Below the pieces are notes generated by a model, which made no database searches, was not told the DNA's origin, and saw only the letters and a list, made by a program, of their open reading frames with translations. A stretch of DNA of 64,000 nt from Schmidtea polychroa (Eukaryota). Below are positions 13,550 to 26,590 of this stretch, piece after piece; positions within the stretch are counted from its first letter, which is position 1, and each line of letters starts with the position of its first letter. The DNA is taken from NCBI GenBank assembly GCA_044892525.1, contig CM097888.1, positions 51,398,001 to 51,462,000 on the forward strand. Reading direction: 5' to 3'. Both the position numbers and the translations under genes were made by a program.

Positions 13550-13779
13550 ATTTGCAGTTCTTAAAGCCAAGAAAGGAAAGTTCTGATTTAGTCAAGATTT
13601 AATATGACATAAAATTTAATATTAAAATAACAATTAAAAAACTAATATATTTTCTATGTAGTTCTTAGTTCTTAACTTCTTACAATCCGACCTTGTATTA
13701 ATTTTTACCTCTACTGCCTTTGTGAATATAGAACATATATTTATAAACGTTACTAAGGATTCTGTGTGTTTCCGTTATT

Positions 13780-13877
13780 TGGCACTGGTGGACTCGGAGG
13801 AGGTATATGGGATATTGTGAGGGAGGTGACGCTATGAGTTACCACACTGTGTGACACCAACCCTATTGACGCCACTG
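13780..13877 (+). mobile_element. hAT MITE right end
   Basis: GTGACACCAACCCTATTGACGCCACTG terminus, same family as the 12450 end. Confidence 0.55.
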
Positions 13878-14281
13878 GTTATTATTATTATTGCTACTGC
13901 CAACAAAAATAGTTTTTACAATTTTCAAATAGCGATTTTCAAAATATACAAAACATCGAAGCCTGTTAAAGCGCCATCCTTTATGTATCAAGGAAGGTCA
14001 AACATTGGTAATCTTCATTGAATATTTGCAATTATGAATTTTTTTGAATTTGGTGTATTTGTTAGTGAAAGTAAAACTTGTTATTTGTTGGCTTATTTTA
14101 GTGAAAGAACACTTATACTCAAAATAAAATTCTAACCCCGCGAAACTTCTTCATAAACTCAACATTTATATAAGGCACATAAAAATTTTAATTGCATTTT
14201 TGAAAATGTTTTGAAAGTTAAAAAGATATTTTGAAACCCAAATTTTGAACAAATTAAATTTATCATAAATGACAGAATGCA

Positions 14282-16848
14282 TTTTATGCATTAAACAAAT
14301 TGTGACAAATTCAGGAAATCGAAAATCGTTTCAAACATTTTTTCATTTTAAAAAACAATAAAACAAATAATTTGCCATAAGAGTTTTCCACGTAAAAACA
14401 ATTCACGCTTGAATGCTTTTGCATCTTCACATTTACGCGATCAACCAATCAAATCATCGGAATTTATGCAATTTATATCAAATGCAATTTAATTGTTATT
14501 TTTACAAATTTAATAATGTCTAATTTTACGTTTCTAGATCTGAAAGCTCGTTGGAAATATGTTGACAGTCCTTGGGATTTATTAACAGCTTGTGAGGAAA
14601 TGAAGTTGAATAAATCAACAAGAAATACTCTCGTATTCTGTATATTTAGCCATATAATGGGCTTCTGGGCAGCTTACATCCTCCCCATAATTTCCCTATT
14701 TGGCATTATATCAAACATGATAACCATTTATATATTAAGTTCCAAACTCCATGACCGAACTCGTCAGTATATCTATCTGTCATTTATAGCTGGTTGTGAT
14801 TCGGTAAATATTATTTGTTACGGTTGGATTTGGATCTTTTTTGCTAAAGGATTACCATATGCTTCTTTTGGAAAGGTTTCTTTTTTCACTTATAACCAAG
14901 GGGAAATTTCATGCAAACTTCATCGCTACTTTATAGCAGCTATTTCTTGTTCTGCCAGTTCCATATTTCTGTTGGCATCAGTTGATAGGTGGTTTGCTAT
15001 TTTTTGGCCATTAAAATGTTTAAACATTCCTCTTAAACGAGCTTGGCAGTCTTCAATTGGAGTGATTATATCTAGCTTCATTCTAATGAGTCCATTTGCC
15101 ATCTATATGGGATACACTGAAATTGGGAATCAGAAAACTCTCTGTTGGATCAAAGTTTCAACTGATGAGCAAGGTTTGGCAACCTTTTTGCAAGTTTATA
15201 ATGTATTATTCTCATTTTGCGGATCCTTCCAAACTGTTGCAATTATTGTTGTCAATGTAGCATTGTTTTATCAAATAAATAAAGGACAACAATTAAGGGA
15301 TCAAATTAGAGCCGCAAATTGCTCTAATGTACGCAAGGAAATGTCTGCATGTGTCATTTTACTTGTATTATCTATATTGTATACAATTGGTTCGCTACCA
15401 ACGTCGATTTCCTTTATTTTGGCGTTTCTTATGCAGAATGAAACAGATCCAGAAGCTGAAGACCGTTTAAGATTTGCGTATAATATTGGTGATATTGGAT
15501 GGAACATTTATATGCTTCAACAATGCACAAATGGCTTGGTATTTTATTGGAAAATGCCGAGTTTCAAAGACGCCCTTCATCGGTTGCTTCATGTAAAAGA
15601 GGGACCAAAGCAAAATATTATTGTGACCACTTCTAATGCGTATATATCTAACAATTAGCGGGTTTCTCTGTATGAAGAAGGGGATGACTTTGCATGATTT
15701 TGCAATAAATTCATATAATTCATATTTACAAGCATTTTTAGCATTTAATAGAACAATTTCACAATAACGCATTTTTTGAATTAATTATCTTTTTGCAATT
15801 TTACGTTATTGTCATTTTGTATTGACATTCATTTACTGATAATATCATTATTTAGTTTATTTTCTCATTATTTTTATTTTTGATTATATATTTTTCATTT
15901 TCCTGGATCAAATAAATTATATTTGCGAACGAGGAGCCGCAAATAACAAACGCTTACTTTTTAATTTTTATGATTATGCGCATCGGACAGACTAAAATTA
16001 GTCAATGAGATTTCAGCTTTATTAATAATTTTTATTTTAAACTTTCTTTGACAATTAATTTGAACCATTTGATATGGTGATTAATTATTATGCGCGCATG
16101 GTGATCCCGTCTAAATACATTCGCAGTGAGGTGGCATGTTATTATGTATTATATAACTTGTGAATAGAACTGCCAGATAATCATATTTTAATTAAATGGC
16201 ATGACAAGATGCATAAATTTCTAACTAAATTGTTTGTGAATTGCTAAATGTTGTTTGAAAATGATCATATTTTACTAAATTACTTAAGGAATTACTATAT
16301 ATTTAAAATAACCATGTATTTTTCACTAAATTGGCTAAGAATTTGCCATGGTAAACAAATATAATTGCATGACTAATAAATTTGCGACATAAGTGCATAA
16401 TTAACTAGGACATTGCAATACATACGCATGGTTAACAAAGGCACTGAAAATATCATTATTGGATTTCGTCAAAGATGATTATAGCAGTAATATCAGAAGG
16501 TCAAGTCAAATATACCAGGAAATGGTAACCCCATAAAAATGATTTTAATTTAATTTGTTATTGAAAATTTATATTAAGGCCTTTTTAAAAATTTCAATTT
16601 TATAAGAAATCTGAAAATAAAATTACACAATTTAAACAAATAATAAAAAATTAAATACAAATCACTTCATTTAAAGAAATATATGATAATAAATGTTTAA
16701 GGAGGTACCATTTCCTGCTGTGTTTGGCTCGGGCCCATGCGCGTATGTAGGGGGGGGGGGGTTACTGGGGGGTTTACCCCCCCCCCATGATTCCAACAAC
16801 AATATAAAAAACTATAATTAATACATATATAAACTTAAAACAATTTAA
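14282..16848 (+). repeat. Arm 1 of a ~2.57-kb near-identical inverted duplication (partner 38674-41237)
   Basis: Reverse complement matches 38674-41237 through the GPCR, its flanks and the MITE end. Both arms stop at an N-gap at the same base. Confidence 0.9.
14516..15658 (+). CDS. Intronless orphan rhodopsin-like (class A) 7TM GPCR, 380 aa
   Basis: Seven hydrophobic segments, TM1 GxxxN, TM3 Cys (SCKLHRY) and DRW (DRY variant), TM6 SLP, TM7 NGLVFY. Confidence 0.9.
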   Translation: MSNFTFLDLKARWKYVDSPWDLLTACEEMKLNKSTRNTLVFCIFSHIMGFWAAYILPIISLFGIISNMITIYILSSKLHDRTRQYIYLSFIAGCDSVNIICYGWIWIFFAKGLPYASFGKVSFFTYNQGEISCKLHRYFIAAISCSASSIFLLASVDRWFAIFWPLKCLNIPLKRAWQSSIGVIISSFILMSPFAIYMGYTEIGNQKTLCWIKVSTDEQGLATFLQVYNVLFSFCGSFQTVAIIVVNVALFYQINKGQQLRDQIRAANCSNVRKEMSACVILLVLSILYTIGSLPTSISFILAFLMQNETDPEAEDRLRFAYNIGDIGWNIYMLQQCTNGLVFYWKMPSFKDALHRLLHVKEGPKQNIIVTTSNAYISNN

Positions 16849-17035
16849 NNNNNNNNNNNNNNNNNNNNNNNNNNNNNNNNNNNNNNNNNNNNNNNNNNNN
16901 NNNNNNNNNNNNNNNNNNNNNNNNNNNNNNNNNNNNNNNNNNNNNNNNNNNNNNNNNNNNNNNNNNNNNNNNNNNNNNNNNNNNNNNNNNNNNNNNNNNN
17001 NNNNNNNNNNNNGATTCATCCTGCGTACGCGCCTG
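16736..17035. mobile_element. hAT-type MITE spanning the N-gap
   Basis: TIRs CATGCGCGTATGTAG / CTGCGTACGCGCCTG. Exact 8-bp TSD CTCGGGCC at 16728-16735 and 17036-17043. Confidence 0.85.
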
Positions 17036-19974
17036 CTCGGGCCTTTCTCTTTACATCTCATTACTTGGTCAACTATATGTTTTTCTCTGCCAAGGAATAA
17101 ATCATGAGAACGAAAGATTTTTGATGGAAAGACATTTAATATGAAATTCAAAATTAGATCAAGTTCGTGATTAATAATTTTGTTAGGGTTGTTAATTTTG
17201 AAATTATTATAACTTCCATGTAATTAAGAAGGGAATATTGGAAATTTCAAAATCAAAAGATCAACAAATCATCAAATTAAAATTTGAAAAACCGGTCAGT
17301 TGCAAATGATGGGGAAGATCATGGTGAGAATGGATTTATAAGAATATGCTTAGAAAGAGTCGAAATGCAAGGAAATGTACAAAAACAGAAAATCGTTATT
17401 TTAACCCGAGCTAAGTAAACAGACAGAGAAGTAAATAAAATCGATGTTGGAAAACAATGACAGCATGAGTAATGGAAAAACGAAAAATTGTCACAGAAGA
17501 GATACACGGTGGGACAATTAATTATTTTCTTCAACGACGAGAAAATGAAAAGGCCACGAGGTAAAAATTGCCATAAAGAGACGAAGTAGTCAAAGACCCA
17601 TCAATCAATGCGATTATTTTTTCTTTATAAAAGAACTAAAACTTAGGAACAATCGGCATTTTGCCTCATGTAGAGATAGACAGAACGACAGTAGACTAAG
17701 GGAAATTTGTTAAAATTAGAAGATAGAATTAATGGAAGAGAAATGAAAAGGATTAAATCAAGTCATAGGATTAAAGAAAGAGGTGATTATTATTGCAGAA
17801 CCAAAGCGGTCACAGGGAGACTTGTTGAAAAGTCAAAATAGACGTTTTTATTGCGATATTCAGATTTTTGTAAATTGTAAATTGTACGAATTTGAATACA
17901 AATATACGTTGAGTGTTGATTGGCAAATTGTTTTTATAGAACACGTGAAGTCAGAAACACTGACGTTAACATTTATTTCATTGAAAACTCAACAATTTTA
18001 TTATTATTTATATTATGTTTATAATAAAAAAAATATATTTGTCAAATTGCATATAAGAAATAAAGATTTCATCGTGATCACGAAATGAGGAATAAACACA
18101 TTTATTCTCAATTTATTTTAATTAAATTTGATACGATTTAAATGTAATTTTTTCAAAATGTACATGAAATAATGTAGCAAAACTAAAGGGCGACAGTACA
18201 AAATATACATAAAATATGAAATAATTCAAGAAATTGTTATTCTTTCCTCTTGAGCAGAGAAATTCACAAATAAAATTTAGGAAGATACTTAATGTCTGTT
18301 ATATTTCCAACAGTTTTCTAGCTATCCTATTTTTGAATAATGTGCTTTGATTACGTTTTTGTGCTTAGCTTGTTCTCAATAAGTTTTCTGTGAAGGTTTC
18401 AAATAAGTTCGGCTACGATGACGGTTCTGACGTGTTTCATTATTAATTTTAGGAGGAGAGAGTTGACTATGATTGAAGAATATATTTTGACTAAAGCATA
18501 TTTTAACGCGTTATTTCGCAATCCGTCTTATCAAATTTCTGTATCACTAAGTTTCATTTGTATCTTGTTCAACTCTTTGGAGCCTCTAATATAAACTCCA
18601 ATATGTAAAGTTTGATAAAAGATGTTTAACTACTGATATTTACATTGATATTTACATGAACGATCTCTTTCTTGTCTCAAATTACAAAAACACATAAAGA
18701 AAGTCTTTTTTTATTCTACCTAACAATTATATATCAACAAAGGTGCGCTAAAGAATATTTTGCGGACTCGATTGATGGGAAACCAGATTCCACATATCTA
18801 TTTTGAGAATAGTACATAGAGAGGTAGCAACCTTCAGATTTGAAAATCTTGACTTCGACTTTAACAATTTTTAACCATCACTAGCTAAGTGATTTTAATT
18901 TTATTGTTATGTCGCTCTTATTCGATAGCAATTAATTAACATACTCGAGTGGCGAAACTGTACAATGTAATACACATTGGATTGGCATGTTATTTTAATT
19001 TATATAAGAAAGTCAGGCGCTATATAACTTGTTGATAAAATTGTCAAAATAGCAAAGATAACACGATGTGTTATGCATGTCATATCGCAATTCCGTACAG
19101 ATAGCAGTCAACATGCATAGCCTGCCATTCAAACGCATATAGTTAAATAAAAAATTTGTCTCATGGAAAGCTCTTGAATGGCGTAAGTTATAGAATTTCA
19201 TTGCGTTGCATTGCACCTAAAATCTTTTTATTTGGTTCATCAACTTCCACTCTTTATATTTTATATTATTCTATTGGTTTATATGGAACAAAAGTATTAC
19301 CATTTGTTTTAATTATTAAATGCGCGAACTATTCGTACAGCAATCAAACTGTTGTCAAATTAGTAAAAGACAACATCAAAGAATACATATTGTATCAAAT
19401 CCTTAATTGGTGAACACATAAAATGACCTCCTTATAAGGGAACTGAGTACACCCAAAGGATAAGGTGAGCTACCATATATTCGTAAGATAGAACTTTATA
19501 ATAGCAAATTCCATACTGACATTGTATTAACTCGAGGTCTGTAAAAGAGACGACGTTTTGAATTAAGTAAGTTAGATGTTACTAGAACATCTTCTAGATT
19601 GTCTTTAGTTGGAAAACTTGAAGGCAAAGACATAATCCAATTTATTATTTATTATTTCAATTTATTTTAAACTATTATAACAAAATATTTGAAATATTTT
19701 ATTCTCAGCTATAAACACCTTACAAAATGAAAATTGTGCATGTCGGCTACTCTTTTGGTTCTCAGGCTAAACATATTTTCAATTAACACTTGGTAATAAA
19801 GAATGTCAAAAGTACAAATAAAAATTGGTAAATTTCGACGTCATTCGCTATTTTGACCAATCGTATGAGTTATATTTTGTGAAATTTGACTAAATTGTCA
19901 ACGTATTTGCTACTCTCAAATTAATAAGTCCAATAAATGGTAAGACTTGGCGAATTACATTGAGTCTTCATAGA

Positions 19975-21111
19975 ATGTCAAATATAACTTATTCGGTCCT
20001 CAAATCCCAATGGAAGTTTGTGGACAGTCCTTGGGATTTATTAACAGCTTGTGAAGAGCTTCAGATGTCATATCGCAATCAAAATTCTAACAAATTCTGC
20101 ACGTTAAGCCAAGTGATTGGGGTATGGTCAGCTTTTATTTTCCCCTCAGTATCCTTGATTGGTATTGTTTGCAACATTGCGACTGTGAATATTTTTATTT
20201 TTAAACTTCAAGACCAAACTCGTCAGTATTTTTATTTGTCCTTTCTAGCAGTATTCCAATCACTAAATATCATTTGTTATGGATGGTTATGGGTATTTTT
20301 GGCTAAAGGTTTGCCTTACGCAACTAACGGGAGAATGTATTTTTTCTCATACAATCAAAGCCAAATTTTCTGCAAAATCCACCGATATTTTATTTCAGCA
20401 ATTTCATGCTCTGCAAGCTCCCTATTTCTCTTGACATCAGTTGATCGGTGTTTTGCTATATACTGCCCATTGAAATGCTTAAACATTCCAGTGAAGCGAG
20501 CTCGACAATATTCTATATGTGTTGTGATGGTCAGTTTTGTTTTAATGAGTCCATTTGCCTTTTTTATTGGTTATAATCAAACCGGGTACAATAAAACAAT
20601 TTGCTGGATTAAAGAATCTCATAGTGAAGATTCAATGGGAACTTTTCTACAAGTCTATAACGTCCTATTCTCCTACTGTGGATCATTCCAAACTGTCGCG
20701 ATTATTTTAGTAAATTTTGCATTGTTTTATCAGGTTAAAAACGGGCAACGGTTGCGAAATCAAATGAGAATCGCAAATTGCAAAAATCTACGAAAAGAAA
20801 TGTCAGCTTGTGTTATTTTGTTAGTTTTGTCCGTGGTGTTTACTATAGGGTCATTGCCGACCTCGGTAGCTTTCATGATTGGATTCCTTATACAGAATCA
20901 ATCTGGCCCAGATGCAGAAGATAATTTAAAGTTTGCATATAATATTGGAGATGTTGGGTGGCACCTTTACATGTTACAACAATGTACAAATGGGTTCATA
21001 TTCTATTGGAAATTGCATAACTTCCGAAACGCCATCAATTCCATGTTTCATATTCACAATGTTCAGAAAACAGAAAACAGAAAGAATTCATTTTTGAGAA
21101 GAATTTTATTT
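19975..21111 (+). CDS. Intronless orphan 7TM GPCR paralogue; C-terminus runs into a gap
   Basis: Starts MSNITYSVLKSQWKFVDSPWDLL (first ATG 19975, homologous start). Colinear with the other GPCRs. Stop codon not visible. Confidence 0.9.
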
Positions 21112-21620
21112 NNNNNNNNNNNNNNNNNNNNNNNNNNNNNNNNNNNNNNNNNNNNNNNNNNNNNNNNNNNNNNNNNNNNNNNNNNNNNNNNNNNNNNNNN
21201 NNNNNNNNNNNNNNNNNNNNNNNNNNNNNNNNNNNNNNNNNNNNNNNNNNNNNNNNNNNNNNNNTAACAATTTCCTCACTGAACATCATTGTTTAAATTA
21301 TGACAAAAATAAACATCAAAATTAAATATTTTTTGACGTTGTTATTGATGTTAACAATTTCCGAAGAAAATGAATTCTAGAGTAAATAAGCGAAAGTTTT
21401 TCAAGTTTTATCTGATGAATTTTCATCTACTTTATGTGAATTTATGGGTAATAATTAATACTGACTATTATTGTCGATGTTTAATAAAGACCCATTCGAA
21501 TGGATGCGAGAGTGTGAAGAAAATTTTCCCGTCCTAGAAGAGTTCCCATTAAGAATTGTGGTGGGACAGCTCGGGTGAATATATGTCGGTGAATGAGCGA
21601 TTCTGTGCAATTTATCAATT

Positions 21621-22590
21621 AAAATAATTTTCTTATGGACTAAAAAGAAGAAAATAATTTTTCTGTGCATAAATATCTTGAATACATACATACATACTTA
21701 GAGCTTATAGCAATATTCTATAACTAAAAACGTGCGGCGCATTTTAGAATAAATATCAGAATATTTTTCATAAATTCGAGAAAAGTCAAGTATATTGAAA
21801 TTGCTCAATCATTAACCTTTAATGAGACTGCGTGAACTTCGTTTTTTAAAAAAATATTTATGATTTTTCAATCATTAAACTGCTTATTTGCAGGTGCATT
21901 ATCAGAATATTTTATAAATAGAATTTCTTAACTTTATAAATTTTAATTCACATATTTTTGACTTTCATTCGAAATTGTTATTGAAACGAATGTGGACATG
22001 AAAAATCCGTGCCAAATACTTACTTGAAAACCAACATATTTATAGCTTTACCAATGTGAAATGTTTTCAGCTCAGAGTTAAATATTTCAATGATTTACCA
22101 GAATAATTTTAAATTGTAAATAATTGACTATTAAAATAACTTTTAAATAATTTTTAAATTGGATTTTTTAAGTTGAAATTTTTGAATTAAAAATTAAAAT
22201 AGTTTTTTAAAAAAGAAGTTTTATTAATGAAAATTTTTTAAATAAATATGTTTTAAATATTGAAATATTTTGATAAATGGTTTTGAAAATATTTTATTCA
22301 ACGCTGAAAATTTGTTTAAAATTATACAATATGTCATATAATAAATACTTGGAATTATGTAATTAACTTTTGAACCGGATTTAAAAAATAATTTAGAAGA
22401 TGTGTTAGCAGCTTCTAATGACCAGTATAATTAAGGCTTTATGAATCAATATTTTGATACTTATTCTAAAATGCGCCCCACGTTTTAGTTATAGAATATT
22501 GCTGTAAGCTCTAAGTATGTATGTATTCGAGATATTTATGCCCAGAAAAATTATTTTCTTGTTTTTAGTCCACAAGAAAACGTGGTATTT
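21621..22590. mobile_element. Foldback/MITE-like element with ~145-bp inverted arms and a ~680-bp AT-rich spacer
   Basis: 21621-21765 is approximately the reverse complement of 22447-22590 (e.g. CATACTTAGAGCTTATAGCAATATTCTATAAC). The ORF track shows the same spurious MYVF.IFM.RKII peptide on both strands. No TSD resolved. Confidence 0.75.
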
Positions 22591-23846
22591 TAAAAAGTTT
22601 TTTTACTTATATTATTTTGCTCTTTTTAGTCTTCTCAAATCTTACAACCGATCTTCTGCCAAAACCAATCTTTTTCATATGTGCATTTTTTACGCAGAAC
22701 ATATTTTTTCTCCTGGATCGCGACTTTTAATGAATTTTTCAGTAATGCAATACATAGATGGAATATAAAATTCCGTCATACTTGCGTTTTTCACCTTAAA
22801 CAGATCGGTTAAGTATAATTAAGTTCTGAAAGTAGTAAAATATTGTGTTGTCATAAAAAGCAAGCATGTATACAAAATTTCAGCGAAATTGGATTATTGA
22901 AAGTGCTACAAAATTCGATCGAAAGACTTGACCCGAACATACAAGAAACCAAGTTAAGAAAAGCGTGGTAAAAACTCTTTTTAGAAATGTCTCTTAAAAT
23001 CTAATGTTAAGTATTGTCTTTGGTTCTCTTTTCGTAACCCAACCGTATTTCCTGTCAAGTATTATGGCACCTTTTTTACAGCGCAATCGGTATTACTGAC
23101 TATTCTAGCTATTCTGGTAGAAAAGTACAAGACTGGCTGACACATACGAACCATTTATTGAAAAAAATGTAAAAATCACATTTTGCGAAAAATGAGTTAA
23201 ATAATAATAATTTTAAAGGAAATTGCAATTAAACAGATTTAATTAATTTTTCTGAAAAGGTTATTTTCTACTACTTTCAAAATAAATCACTGCTGGGGCA
23301 CCACTCTGTTGACCATCAATATTTCCATTTTCGTCCTAGGGGATGAGTGCCCATTTATGATTACGCTTATCGTTACTTTGTCAACCCTGAGTAGAGCCCC
23401 ACATAACCTGTACTCCAACATAGCACCTGTGAATTACTTCACGTTGGAAATGTGCTATGCCGACGAGACGCCAGTAAGCAGGTGAGCCCCTACCTTAGGA
23501 CTACTCCTTACTGAGGCCTCGACTTCCTACCTCTGACCGCCGATAGAAGGACTTACGTCTACTCAGTTCATCACCCCATTTCAACACCTTTCGTTTGGAT
23601 TGCACACTGATCAATACCTCTCGAATGCTAGAAACTGTTAACACTATTTCCCTAACTTCATGCCGAATCTTTTATAAAAAGAAAATATATCAGGACGAAA
23701 ACTATTTATTTTTTACATTGATATACAGAAAACATCGACGATTTACACAGCAGATATACAAGGATAAGAGAAACGCAAGAGTAAAAACGTGATTAGTTCG
23801 ATTTCAGATTTCTCCAGTGGATCATGTCAGGTTCACGGGAATGTTC

Positions 23847-24596
23847 TCACTTTTCCCACTCTGTATCTGCCAGCAGTTCTTCCAGGTCAAAGAATTCGGA
23901 GGCGTTTTCCTCCCATGTCACGCCGGCGGCTGAGATAATCCGTGCCGGAATTCCTGTCGTTAGATCGATGGATATATGCGAATTGTCAGTATTGATGGTC
24001 GTTCCCGTTGAGGGGTCGTTGGATTTCGTTGATGCTCGTTCGCGCTGCCTCTGCTTGCGCTTGACTCGAGATAATTGCTTACGCTTGGGTTTCGAAGTGG
24101 ACGGATTATTTTGTGATACAGCTGATGAAGACATGATATTGGGCTGTACTTTGCTAATCCTGGTGATGACAAGGTCCGGACATTTGGGAGAGAGCTCGGT
24201 CTCTACGCAATCGTGACAAGACTTCGTGAACGGAGATGAAGACTTGGCGGAGGTATCGTGATGCACGGGGAAGATGTTGTCTGCTTCATTTATCGGGATT
24301 TTGACAATTCGTCGCGTTGTTGCTGCTTGTAAATACACCTTGTGCAACGCTTCTGATTGTTCTTTTATCAGGCTTCTTTGTGCACGACTCTCAGAAATTA
24401 GAGCGTCACGACAATGCTCGCTTCGATATAATTTTTTATTGACTTCCTTCATTTGAGCGGGGGTAAACCAGGTACCCTCCAACTCGTCTATCTTCTTCTT
24501 ATAACGCCCTATCTGAGCTTGTAAGTCCTTGATTATCATATTCTTATCTGAGCAGGAAAAACAGGGCCGGAGAACAGGTTTTGTATTTGGTAGCAT
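23847..24596 (-). CDS. Uncharacterised 249-aa CxxC/coiled-coil protein of element A
   Basis: Intact ORF, about 52/80 identical to the 35348 ORF in the N-terminal domain. Acceptor TCTTCTTACAG 9 nt before the ATG; AATAAA at 23705-23710. Confidence 0.8.
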   Translation of the reverse strand: MLPNTKPVLRPCFSCSDKNMIIKDLQAQIGRYKKKIDELEGTWFTPAQMKEVNKKLYRSEHCRDALISESRAQRSLIKEQSEALHKVYLQAATTRRIVKIPINEADNIFPVHHDTSAKSSSPFTKSCHDCVETELSPKCPDLVITRISKVQPNIMSSSAVSQNNPSTSKPKRKQLSRVKRKQRQRERASTKSNDPSTGTTINTDNSHISIDLTTGIPARIISAAGVTWEENASEFFDLEELLADTEWEK

Positions 24597-26460
24597 GTCT
24601 GATAGCTGTAAGAAGAGATAAAACTAAATAGAATGAAACTAAATTTGCAAAGTCATCATTCCGACACAATCGTGGGTCTCTTTATTAGAACTTCCTACAG
24701 CAAGGAGACGGAGTCAACTAGCAAGAGGAACTCCCCCCCCCGACCATAAATCTTTATCCCTTTGCGATTTATTAGTTATAGGAAAATCAACTAGTAACAC
24801 ATACTGTTGCTTAACGAATGTAGTACCTTGTTGTTGAAAAAATGAAAATTCTATATTTGTGAAATTCGTGAAAATTAGGTTTTTCCTTGAAAATGTTAAA
24901 TCGTATTCAAGAGCTCAACGCCAAATATAAGACTACTTTACAAAAAGGAAATTATACAATATGAAGATTTGATAGATTTTTGCGATTAATCAATTTTAAT
25001 TAATTATTATTGGTGAATATTAAATTTAAAAGTTCTAAAATTTAGACCTACAACGTACAATCACACGCCATTCGTTATCTATGGTAAATTGCAATCCCTC
25101 AGTACTGATGACTGTTATCTAATAATATGAATACCACATGGTGTGTACCGGATGGAATCTCTCACTACAGCCATTTATCACGAATTTACCTAGTGTCAAA
25201 TCAAATATTCTGAGAAAAAGCTAATGGTAGCAACATATGGGAAATTCTCGGATAATGATATTAGATAATGCTGTATTGACGCTAATGAGTGTCCACATGC
25301 GAATTCTACTGCTGGAACTAGGACTACGTGTATTTGCGTGTGTGTGCATGCACGGGCGGGCAGCTGCTCTATGAAATTCTATCGGTTAGCGTTGTAGATT
25401 TGGATTTTTCAGATATTACTGCACTGAGTTGATTTCTATCGTACGCGAAAATTGAAAACACGAAATTCCCTCTCGTCGCTCGTTGGATATATTATTTTCG
25501 TGGATGATTTATGGAGCCATTTAGGACATATTTATCGATCTTTACTCTCTGACAATGATCATTTTGCATTTGCTCAACAGAAGCGTGTTTTATACACTGA
25601 CTCGTATGCAGGTAGTTCGTGAACATTTTTCATTTTATGTAATCTCAATTTTATGATATTGCTATATTTTATTAAATGGTTACCATACTACCGGAGTAAG
25701 TATCTTAACACGAGATTCATCATCAGAGCCAATTTCGAGTGGTCATTTCGAAAGGAAAAATTAAAAATCAGATAGATGATGTTTGCCCTACTGATAGAAT
25801 TGAAAGATCTGGATTTATAAATTTTCAAAATGCGAGAATTATGGAAAGATTGCAGATGCGAAGCATCTAGACTCGCTCATTCACTGTGAATCACCACTAC
25901 TACTTTTCCTATACATTAAAAACGATTTTGCTTCTTACTTTTGACTTTTCTATATGCATTTTAAGTGACCTTCAGCGTTTGGACCCGTGAAGAAGCCACC
26001 ACATTTCGGCCCAATCTAGCTGCGTGATTGAAAAACTTCATGTCCACCGGCTGAGCTCCCGAAGGTACCTCACACCATGACATGAAGTTTCTCAACTCCA
26101 CGTTACTCAAGAAGTTGAAAATCATAAACTAATAATTCATAAAGCTAATTATAAACTGTGAAAACTATTATAGGTACTGAAATCATTTACTTAATTACAA
26201 TCATTAATAGGGATCAAATGAAAAGAAAACTATTCAAATTAAAATTTTAATTATTCATTAAATAATCATAATTACTATTAACTTTAAAAACAAACAAAAT
26301 GTAGAATAAAATCTCCTTACTATCGAGTGTGGGCTTAGTCGAAAATATAGTAATCGTCTTTCAAAAATTGTCTGATGATTTCGGATCCTGTGGTTCTTCG
26401 AATATCGATTTCTACTGTTGATTATGCTTTAGCTTTGAATTGGTTGTGAGTCGCTGCTAT

Positions 26461-26590
26461 CTATGAAGTTTTTTGAATTAACCGTCTCATAATTTAAAGT
26501 TTCTTACCTATGAAGTTTTTTGAATTAACCGTGATTTTTATGATTTTGGTGCCTGCTTATATATCAATTTTTCATTTATGCGGACCAATC
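26461..26590 (-). promoter_or_regulatory. Element A promoter with duplicated 25-nt first exon and 47-nt mini-intron
   Basis: GATTGG, TATATAAG, then ACGGTTAATTCAAAAAACTTCATAG|GTAAG...ACGGTTAATTCAAAAAACTTCATAG| (repeats 26508-26532 and 26461-26485). Confidence 0.65.

Noticed and set aside
15301-15772. ORFs antisense to or overlapping the GPCR 3' end (also 31457-31663, 39745-40216)
   Set aside because: These are shadows of the GPCR frame and recur only because the DNA is duplicated.
16774-17151. ORFs running through N-gaps (also 21035-21289, 38388-38751, 47894-48142, 53159-53556)
   Set aside because: Artefacts of N-runs lacking stop codons.
23405-23556. Assignment of the conserved module to group I intron, HDV, twister or pistol ribozyme classes
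   Set aside because: Only isolated words match (UAGUCC, GUCCUAA, CCAACGUG). The required helix order and partner strands were not found in both copies.
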